This document shows positions 47,871-55,031 of a stretch of DNA of 64,000 bases, in pieces. Both the position numbers and the translations under genes were made by a program. Position 1 is the first letter of the stretch. The number at the start of each line of letters is the position of its first letter. Where the stretch lies: the NCBI GenBank assembly GCA_040400005.1, contig JBBARC010000007.1, positions 17,744-81,743 on the forward strand, given 5' to 3'. A model generated the notes under the pieces. The model did not search any database. It worked only from the letters and a program-made list of their open reading frames with translations, and had not been told where the DNA came from. This stretch comes from Acetobacteraceae bacterium. Lineage in GTDB: Bacteria; Pseudomonadota; Alphaproteobacteria; Acetobacterales; Acetobacteraceae.

Positions 47871-47920
47871 TATCAGAAGTCTTTTTGTTTCTTTTTCTTC
47901 AGAAAAGAAAATTCTTACTT
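47871..47920. repeat. AT-rich palindromic repeat family, solo arm (E7), same orientation as E6
   Basis: TATCAGAAGTCTTTTTGTTTCTTTTTCTTCAGAAAAGAAAATTCTTACTT; abuts the cca stop codon. Confidence 0.85.
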
Positions 47921-49094
47921 ACCCCGTGCGCTGCAAAATATGAGCCAAATACGCTCGGCAGCCGTGCGCATCGGCGGTACAGCCTGCCGCCAGCCACCAG
48001 GCACGCACTTGCGCCAGTACTGCCCCAATGGCGGGACCAGGCGCGGCGCCAAGGGCGAGGGCATCGCGGCCGGCGAGCGGAAAAATCGGGGTTTTGGTGG
48101 CGGCGATGCGGGTGGCCAGGGCCACGCTTGTGGTAGCATCGGCAGCGGCGAGCCAAGCGCTGCCGATAACGATATCTTTGGTAAAGCCTGCCAGAAGGCG
48201 GCGCAGGTCGGCATCTGACATGCCGGGTGTTGGCGTGGGGGTTGTGCGCAGGGCGTGCAGCCGGTCGGCCTCAGCACGGGAGAATTTTAGGCGTTCGGCA
48301 AGGTTTGTATCGTTGCCGGTAAACAGGGCTGCCAGGCGCAGGATCGGATCAGCCGGGGCGGGTTTGGCGAGCAGATCGGCAAGGGTTTGCCGGCTGTAGG
48401 CTTGCGGCAGCAGGGTATCGAGCACGCCCAGGCGTTGCATCAGCGTGATGGCAGCCAGCGGGGATTGGCTCGCCAGCAGGGCGCGCAGTTCCGACCAGAC
48501 TCGTTCCACCGACAGGGTATTCAGTGTGGCGGCGGCGCTGGTGATGGCGGCTGTTGTGTCGGCGGTGGGCGGCGTTGCGCCAAACCGCGCGTAAAAGCGG
48601 AAAAAACGAAGGATACGCAGAGCATCTTCGGCAATGCGCAAGCTGGGGTCGCCAACAAAACGCAGGATACCGGCCTGCAAATCGGCGATGCCGCCAAAAT
48701 AATCGTGCACGGTGCCGTCCGGCGTTGCCGACATGGCGTTGATGGTGAAATCGCGGCGGGCGGCATCTTCGCGCCAGTCATCTGTCCACGCCACCACGGC
48801 GTGGCGGCCATCGGTCAGGATATCGCGGCGCAGGGTGGTGATTTCAAAACCATGGCCCTGGGCGATGGCGGTGATGGTGCCGTGCGCGAGGCCGGTGGGG
48901 ATGGCGCGCAGGCCGGCGGCCTGCAGGCGGGCGGTGACCGCATCGGGGGGATCGGGGGTGGCGAGGTCGATATCGCCTGGGGCAATACCAGCCAGGCAAT
49001 CGCGCACGGCGCCGCCGACCAGCCGGGCGTTGGGCAGGGCGGCCAGCACATCGGCAAGGCCTGGGGTTTGCGGGATCGTTATACGGGAGGTCAA
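47919..49094 (-). CDS. cca: CCA-adding tRNA nucleotidyltransferase / poly(A) polymerase family
   Basis: LVGGAVRDCLAG...DIDLAT...GLAHGTIT...TTLRRD motifs. Confidence 0.85.
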   Translation of the reverse strand: MTSRITIPQTPGLADVLAALPNARLVGGAVRDCLAGIAPGDIDLATPDPPDAVTARLQAAGLRAIPTGLAHGTITAIAQGHGFEITTLRRDILTDGRHAVVAWTDDWREDAARRDFTINAMSATPDGTVHDYFGGIADLQAGILRFVGDPSLRIAEDALRILRFFRFYARFGATPPTADTTAAITSAAATLNTLSVERVWSELRALLASQSPLAAITLMQRLGVLDTLLPQAYSRQTLADLLAKPAPADPILRLAALFTGNDTNLAERLKFSRAEADRLHALRTTPTPTPGMSDADLRRLLAGFTKDIVIGSAWLAAADATTSVALATRIAATKTPIFPLAGRDALALGAAPGPAIGAVLAQVRAWWLAAGCTADAHGCRAYLAHILQRTG

Positions 49095-49342
49095 TTGGGC
49101 GGGCTTTCGTGCGGCCCCGGCGCTTGAGGTCCGGGGATAATTTGGCCATTTTGCAGGCGGGCGGGCTGGTAGGCGCCGGTAATGGCGCGGCCTTCGGCCA
49201 GGTACAGCAGCAGGGCGGCGTAGGCGGCCAGCGCCACAAAGGCGGCGGCAATCGCGCGGCGGCTAAAATGGCGCGGGCCGAACCACCAGATCGCCAGCAT
49301 CACCGCCGGCACACACAATAAAACAGCTTCGGCCCAGCGCAT
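49091..49342 (-). CDS. Hypothetical small membrane protein
   Basis: Two hydrophobic segments. Overlap-coupled to cca. Confidence 0.45.
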   Translation of the reverse strand: MRWAEAVLLCVPAVMLAIWWFGPRHFSRRAIAAAFVALAAYAALLLYLAEGRAITGAYQPARLQNGQIIPGPQAPGPHESPPN

Positions 49343-49467
49343 CGCGTGGTTGTAGCGCGCGGCGGGGGATGCCGGCAAACCCAGTGGCCGCCAGAGATGC
49401 TGATCGACAGGTTAGGCGGGCTGCGCCTAGGGTGGGGGTAAGCAAAAAGCGGTAAGGGAACAGGGCC

Positions 49468-50733
49468 ATGGATAGCGATATCGGGACGAGTGATACGGGT
49501 CGGATTGAAATCGATGAGACAATATTTAATCCGTATAGTGTCGATTTTGTGCACGACCCCTTCCCAACCTGGCAGCGTTTGAACGAAACCTACCCAGTAT
49601 CGTATCACAAGCTGTTTGGTTTGTGGGTGGTTGCAACGCATGCGTTAAATTTTGAACTGCTCAAAGACCCGCGCCTAACCGCAAGCCCGCGGGCATGGGC
49701 GCTGGCAACCCCCGAAAAAGCCGAGGCCGATAAAAACGCGTTTGATCATATGAACGATCATTTGTTGTTTAACGTGGCGGTGGCCGATCACATACGCCTG
49801 CGCAAGCTAACTTTTCCGGCGTTTGCAAAAACCGTGATGGATCAGATCGAGGCGAAAATTCGCGATGTGATTGTCGGCGTTTTTGATGCGATTGGCGATG
49901 CCGACAGTTTTGATGCGTATGAGGATGTCGCCGCCCAAATTCCTGTGCGCACCATCACTCACATGGTGGGTGTGCCAAAAGATGCGGAGGAATTATTCGA
50001 ACACGGGTTTGTCCATAATCTGGTGCTCATCGGTAACCCGCTCTACCCAATGGATCAGCGCATTGCCGCGATGAACGCAACCATTCCCGGCATCGAGCTG
50101 CTGCGCGGGCTGATCGCCGAGCGGCGCGCACTGGCCGATCCCGGCGATGATTTTTTGGGCACCTTGGTTGGCACGGTGCAGAACGGCGATCGCTTGTCGG
50201 ATATGGAAATTATCGCTCTGGTCGGTGCGGTGATTTCCGCCGGCGCCGATACTGCCACCGATTTGCACACCTTTGCTATTCAGGAGTTGCTGCAAAATCC
50301 TGAACAATGGCAGTTGTTGCAGCGCGAACCAGCACGGATTAACGATGCCATCCACGAAATTTTGCGCTGTTCGTCGGCCGGCAAAATGGGGCTGTACCGG
50401 TTTGCCTTGCAGGATTGTGTGATTGGCGGCCAGCACATCCGCAAGGGTGAGGCCATTATGATGGCGATAACGGCGGCGTGGAACGATCCGGCGCGGTGGC
50501 CCGATCCGCGGCGGTTTGATATTACCCGATCGGCGGAACACGGGCTGGTGTTTGGCGTTGGGCCGCATTTTTGCATTGGCAGTTCATTGGTCAACGTGCA
50601 GGGCAAAGTGATGATCGAGGAGCTTTCGCGGCGGTTTCCTAACGCCACGTTGGCGGGGGATGTTGCTTATGACTACACGCATCATAACGCGCGGCGGATT
50701 GTTAAAATGCGGGTGAATACGAATTTGGCGTAA
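49468..50733 (+). CDS. Cytochrome P450
   Basis: Heme-ligand loop FGVGPHFCIGSSL, the EILR (ExxR) motif and AGADT in the I-helix. Confidence 0.9.
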   Translation: MDSDIGTSDTGRIEIDETIFNPYSVDFVHDPFPTWQRLNETYPVSYHKLFGLWVVATHALNFELLKDPRLTASPRAWALATPEKAEADKNAFDHMNDHLLFNVAVADHIRLRKLTFPAFAKTVMDQIEAKIRDVIVGVFDAIGDADSFDAYEDVAAQIPVRTITHMVGVPKDAEELFEHGFVHNLVLIGNPLYPMDQRIAAMNATIPGIELLRGLIAERRALADPGDDFLGTLVGTVQNGDRLSDMEIIALVGAVISAGADTATDLHTFAIQELLQNPEQWQLLQREPARINDAIHEILRCSSAGKMGLYRFALQDCVIGGQHIRKGEAIMMAITAAWNDPARWPDPRRFDITRSAEHGLVFGVGPHFCIGSSLVNVQGKVMIEELSRRFPNATLAGDVAYDYTHHNARRIVKMRVNTNLA

Positions 50734-50738
50734 GGGCG

Positions 50739-51269
50739 TTACGGCACGTGGGCGGGATCATAGGTCGTCCAGGTGCCATTTTCCAGGTTCTCCCCCGACA
50801 GGGTCAGCAGAAAAGCCCAGTGGCTCACCACCAGCGTGTGGCGCCACAGCTCATCTTGTTGCATGTCGGCACGAAACTGCGCGGCTCGCGCCATGGTGCT
50901 TTCGGTGGTTTCGGTCTCGTTCGGCCACCAGCAATCGTCGATATGGCCAAAATCATGATGCGGCCACGCTTGCGCCAACACGCTAACCGGTGTGCCAATG
51001 TCGCAAGAAAAATGGTAGCGCTCGCGCACCAACGGGGTGATCGACACCGGCAATTTTAGCGCCGCCGCAATCGGTGCCGCGGTTTGCAGGGCCCGGGTGT
51101 AGGGCGATGCAATAATGCGGCGAATGTCCCTACCCGCCAGTGCCGCCGCCGCGGCCTGTGCTTGGGCGGCACCCTCGTCGGTTAAATGCGGGTCGGGGAT
51201 GCCGGGATCGCGCCGGGTTGCGGTGAAATGCAGGTTAAATTGGCTTTGGCCGTGTCGCAGCAAGATCAT
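50739..51269 (-). CDS. Histidine phosphatase (phosphoglycerate-mutase-like) family protein
   Basis: N-terminal LLRHGQS catalytic motif. Confidence 0.85.
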   Translation of the reverse strand: MILLRHGQSQFNLHFTATRRDPGIPDPHLTDEGAAQAQAAAAALAGRDIRRIIASPYTRALQTAAPIAAALKLPVSITPLVRERYHFSCDIGTPVSVLAQAWPHHDFGHIDDCWWPNETETTESTMARAAQFRADMQQDELWRHTLVVSHWAFLLTLSGENLENGTWTTYDPAHVP

Positions 51270-51371
51270 GAGCAGGCAGGTAGCGCGCTATCGGCGCCGG
51301 TGCAATTGCGGTGGCGGCTCGGGCTTTGTAAGGGTAGGATGATCACAGCAGATTGCGGGAGTTTTGTTTGT

Positions 51372-52031
51372 ATGGGCGGCGCTGACGGTATACCGATTAG
51401 CCTGGTGTTGGTCGCGGGGATCGCGGTTTTTCTGGGCCTCCGCCTGCGCAGTATTCTGGGCACGCGGGCAGGGTTTGAAGGCACGCCGCCCAACCCGCCA
51501 GTGATCGGGCGCGCCGCCGGGCCAGTGATCGATGTGGCGCCAGCCCCTGCCGGTGCTGCGCACCCAGCCCCCGATCCGGGCACCCCGGTGGGCCGCACGC
51601 TAACTGCCATGCACGTCATCGATGCGCGGTTTGACGCTGGCCATTTTCTCGCCGGCGCCGAGGCCGCGTTCAAGATGATCGTGGCAGCCTTTACCGCCGG
51701 CGCACGCGATAAATTGCGGCCCTTACTCACCGATGAGACGTTTAGGGCGTTTGATGGCGCCATTGCCGCACGCGAATCCGCCGGTGAAGTGCACCGCACT
51801 GAAATTAAAGAAATGCTGAACATCAAAATCGATGATGCCAAATTGGCCGGCAATTTTGCCAGCATCACCGTGCGCTTTGTCAGCCGCCAGATTAACCTCA
51901 CCGTGGGCGCCGATGGCAACCCGGTGGCGGGCACCGATGCGATGACCGAAATTGTCGATGTCTGGACCTTCACCCGCGATCTCGGGGCTGCGGATCTAGC
52001 CTGGCGGCTGTCAGCGGCGTTGAGCGGTTAA
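51372..52031 (+). CDS. Tim44-like domain protein
   Basis: N-terminal TM segment followed by FLAGAEAAFKMIVAAF..G....LRPLL....F..F, typical of the alphaproteobacterial Tim44 homologue. Confidence 0.8.
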   Translation: MGGADGIPISLVLVAGIAVFLGLRLRSILGTRAGFEGTPPNPPVIGRAAGPVIDVAPAPAGAAHPAPDPGTPVGRTLTAMHVIDARFDAGHFLAGAEAAFKMIVAAFTAGARDKLRPLLTDETFRAFDGAIAARESAGEVHRTEIKEMLNIKIDDAKLAGNFASITVRFVSRQINLTVGADGNPVAGTDAMTEIVDVWTFTRDLGAADLAWRLSAALSG

Positions 52032-52077
52032 GGTTGGAGCGGTTAAGGTTGGGGCGGCTGAGGTGGCGAGCGGCTAA

Positions 52078-53256
52078 ATGGGCGTGACGCGGGCGGCGAC
52101 TCTGGCAGCGTCCCTGGCAGCGTCCCTGGCAGCGACCCTGGCGCTGGCTGGCTGTGTCACCGCCCCCAAACTGCCCGATGGCGCGCTGGTGGCGGTTGAT
52201 TTTCTCGATATGCCGGGCTGGAAAACTGATACCATCGCCGACGGCCTGCAGGCGCTGCGCACCGGCTGCGCCCGGCTAAAAACCCTGCCCGTCGATACAG
52301 CCCTGGGTGGGCTTGGCATTGCCCGCGCCTTGGGCGGCACGGCGGCAAGCTGGGCCAGCCCTTGCAGCGCCGCTGACGTGCTCGCCAGCGCCGATGACCA
52401 GGAAGCGCGGCAGTTTTTTGAAACCTGGTTTACCCCGTACAGGGTGGCAGGGCCGGCGCGCTACACCGGCTATTACGACCCCGAAATTGCCGGCAGTTTG
52501 GTCCGCACCGCCAATTTTACCGTGCCGGTGTATGGCCGGCCGGCCGATTTATTGGTTGGCCAAGCGCCAACCGATAGCACCACCTCGCGCGCCATGGGGC
52601 GGCTTTCGGCGGGGCATTTGGTGCCTTACTGGACGCGCGCCGAGATCGAAGCGGGGGCCATGGGCAGCGCCGCAACCCCGATTGCCTATGTCGCCAGTGC
52701 GGTCGATTTGTTTTTTCTGCAGGTGCAGGGATCGGGGCGCATCCGCTTGCCCCATGGCGGGCTGGTACGGGTAGGTTTTGAGGCCAAAAACGGTCGCCCC
52801 TACACCCCGATCGGCCGGGTGCTGGTGGCCCGCGGGGCAATCACCGCAGACCAGGTGAGCTTGCAAACCTTGCGCGCCTGGCTGCTGGCACACCCGAAAG
52901 AAGCGCCAGCGGTGATGGCGCAAAATCAGTCCTACGTGTTTTTCCGCTTGGTGCCCGATGCCGATCCCGCCCTGGGGCCGCCTGGTGCTCTGGGGGCGGC
53001 GCTCACCCCGCAGCGCTCGGCCGCCGTGGATCGGCGGTTTATGCCGCTGGGGGCGCCACTGTTTGTCGATACGGTGGACCCGTTAACCGGCGATGCCTGG
53101 CGCCATGTGGTGATCGCCCAGGATTTGGGCAGCGATATCAACGGGGCCGCGCGGGTGGATCTGTTTATGGGGGCGGGGGCGCAGGCGGAAGCGCGTGCTG
53201 GGCGCATGCATGGCGGCGGGGCGTTGTTTGTTTTGCTGCCGCGCGGACAGGATTAG
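52078..53256 (+). CDS. mltA: Membrane-bound lytic murein transglycosylase A (lipoprotein)
   Basis: Lipobox LAGC, MltA and 3D domain strings (YFLQVQGSGRI...; DTGSAI-like DLGSDINGAARVDLFMG). Confidence 0.85.
   Translation: MGVTRAATLAASLAASLAATLALAGCVTAPKLPDGALVAVDFLDMPGWKTDTIADGLQALRTGCARLKTLPVDTALGGLGIARALGGTAASWASPCSAADVLASADDQEARQFFETWFTPYRVAGPARYTGYYDPEIAGSLVRTANFTVPVYGRPADLLVGQAPTDSTTSRAMGRLSAGHLVPYWTRAEIEAGAMGSAATPIAYVASAVDLFFLQVQGSGRIRLPHGGLVRVGFEAKNGRPYTPIGRVLVARGAITADQVSLQTLRAWLLAHPKEAPAVMAQNQSYVFFRLVPDADPALGPPGALGAALTPQRSAAVDRRFMPLGAPLFVDTVDPLTGDAWRHVVIAQDLGSDINGAARVDLFMGAGAQAEARAGRMHGGGALFVLLPRGQD
52101..52148 (+). repeat. 12-bp tandem repeat CTGGCAGCGTCC, 3 copies plus one degenerate copy, in frame (LAAS)n within the MltA signal peptide
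   Basis: Direct reading: units at 52101-12, 52113-24 and 52125-36; 52137-48 is degenerate. Confidence 0.9.
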
Positions 53257-53298
53257 GGGACAATGCGTAAAGCGGCGTCCGAGTTGCCCGGCGGCGGT

Positions 53299-53361
53299 GC
53301 GCCCAAAAAGACGCCCCACGGCCCGTATTGGCCCGTTCGTCGCGGGTCAACACTTAAGCGG
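53299..53361 (+). repeat. Copy B of the roughly 64-bp hairpin-containing repeat (see 7082-7145)
   Basis: GCGCCCAAAAAGAC...GGCCCGT-TCGTC-GCGGGTC-AACACTTAAGCGG, between the convergent mltA and speE ends. Confidence 0.7.
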
Positions 53362-53368
53362 ATCAGTA

Positions 53369-54235
53369 TTACGGCAGCAGTTTTGCGATATACGGCGGCA
53401 GATTAAAACTGCCGGCATGGATCTCGGGCGTCCAGTATTGGGTGGTGCCCAAAATGCCCTGGCTTGCCGCGCGTTCGCGAATGGTGGCAACGGTTTCGCC
53501 GCCGATCGGCGCCGCCCCTTTGCCGGCGACGCCCAGGGTCATGTAGCCGCCCACATAGGTCGGCACGGCTAGCACATAGGCAGTAACGCTGGGAAAAAAC
53601 GCCCGGCGCCGCGCACTGGTGTCGCGCAGCTCGACATCCTGCATAAACGGCACGCCGCACTGGTTCACCACCAGGCCGTTGGCGGACAGGATGCGCGCGC
53701 AATTGGCATAAAATTCATCGGTGAACAGCACTTCACCAACCCCAATGGGATCGGTACTATCAACGATAATCACGTCAAAACTTTCGGCCGGCGCCTTTTT
53801 CACATAATCGATGCCGTCGCCAACAATCACATCGGCGCGCGGGTCGGTCCAGGCGCTGCCGCCGATATTGGGCAGGTATTCTTTCGACAGGCGGATCACA
53901 TCGCCATCGATTTCCACCATCACCGCTTTTTCAACGCTGCGATGCTGCAGCACGCGTTTCAGCACGCCGCCATCGCCGGCGCCAATAATCAGCACGTTTT
54001 TGGCCGCCCCATGCGCCAGCAGCGGCACGTGGGCGATCATTTCCTGATAAACGAACTCGTCCCGTTCGGTGATTTGAATGCAGCCATCCAGCACCATCAC
54101 CCGGCCATGCGAGCTGCTCTCAAAAATCACGATATCCTGAAAATGGCTCTGCACGCGGGCCAACTCGCGGGTCACCATAAAACGCTGGCCCCAATCGGGG
54201 TACAAAGTTTCGTTCAGCCAGATATCGGTCGCCAT
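53369..54235 (-). CDS. speE: Spermidine synthase (polyamine aminopropyltransferase)
   Basis: VLDG..Q.TERDEF.YQEM..H.PL and VLIIGAGDGG motifs. Confidence 0.9.
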   Translation of the reverse strand: MATDIWLNETLYPDWGQRFMVTRELARVQSHFQDIVIFESSSHGRVMVLDGCIQITERDEFVYQEMIAHVPLLAHGAAKNVLIIGAGDGGVLKRVLQHRSVEKAVMVEIDGDVIRLSKEYLPNIGGSAWTDPRADVIVGDGIDYVKKAPAESFDVIIVDSTDPIGVGEVLFTDEFYANCARILSANGLVVNQCGVPFMQDVELRDTSARRRAFFPSVTAYVLAVPTYVGGYMTLGVAGKGAAPIGGETVATIRERAASQGILGTTQYWTPEIHAGSFNLPPYIAKLLP

Positions 54236-54360
54236 GACGTGAAAACTCCGCAAGCGCCAGGGTGCGTGCCCGGGCCGCTTGCTTGGATGGTGTATGTAAA
54301 GAGCGCGGGCAGGGCACGGGCGCGCAGATGCGCAACCCGGCCCATTGGCGTTGATGTTAA

Positions 54361-54396
54361 CTAAACAAACCGCCGGCGGCGATTAAGCCGCCGGCA
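54361..54396 (-). terminator. Intrinsic terminator/attenuator between speH and speE
   Basis: On the minus strand: GCCGGCGGC-UUAAUC-GCCGCCGGC followed by GGUUUGUUUAGUU, starting 6 nt after the speH stop. Confidence 0.65.
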
Positions 54397-54401
54397 TTTG
54401 G

Positions 54402-54869
54402 TTAGAACACGCGGCCGCGCCGTTGTTCGTCGAGTTCGATACGATCGGGATGGAACGCCGCTTGCAGCACCGGTATCGCCTTGTGCGGATCGCAATCACC
54501 ACACATGAAAATATCAATCGCCGCAAAATTGCGTTCTGGCCACGTATGGATCGAGATATGGCTTTCCGCCAGCACAACCACGCCCGACACGCCACCATTG
54601 GGGGTGAAGTGATGGAAATGACTGTGCAAGATGGTAGCACCTGCTACCACCGCCCCATGGCGTAACGCCGCATCGATCAGTGCGGGCTGATCCAGATTAC
54701 TGGCGCCCCACAGATCCACGAGCAGATGTGTGCCGGCAAACTTCATGCCGTCACGCTCAACAAAATAATCCGTTCGCTCCTCACCCGAATGCTGCGGGAA
54801 AGAAACGTTGTTGCTCTGGTTCTCGCTCGGGAAATCCGAGACCATCCCCAGTTCAGCAAGTGCGTTCAT
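54402..54869 (-). CDS. speH: S-adenosylmethionine decarboxylase proenzyme (small, pyruvoyl type)
   Basis: GTHLLVDLWG...VVLAESHISIHTWPE...DIFMCG, including the ES self-cleavage site. AGGAG 6 nt before the ATG at 54869. Confidence 0.9.
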   Translation of the reverse strand: MNALAELGMVSDFPSENQSNNVSFPQHSGEERTDYFVERDGMKFAGTHLLVDLWGASNLDQPALIDAALRHGAVVAGATILHSHFHHFTPNGGVSGVVVLAESHISIHTWPERNFAAIDIFMCGDCDPHKAIPVLQAAFHPDRIELDEQRRGRVF

Positions 54870-55031
54870 CACGTACTCCTAATCCAGTAGATGGCCTGTT
54901 GGGCTTTCGCCCCCTTGGGCCAAGGAGGGGGGGCTTAAGGCACCCCCCCCCCTTAGCAAGAGGAATTTTTGCCAATTTGTGTGACAATTTGCCCGGAGCC
55001 TCAAAAATGGCGGGAAAGTGCCGTTTTGCGC

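Noticed and set aside
11799-47920. The AT-rich repeats could be read as a CRISPR array or as integron attC sites.
   Set aside because: Copies are 2-15 kb apart with whole operons between them, in both orientations, so this is not a repeat-spacer array. No cas genes are present. No integron integrase gene and no R''/L''-L'/R' attC-type core sites were recognised. The bracketed units are multi-gene, carry their own promoters and lie on both strands.
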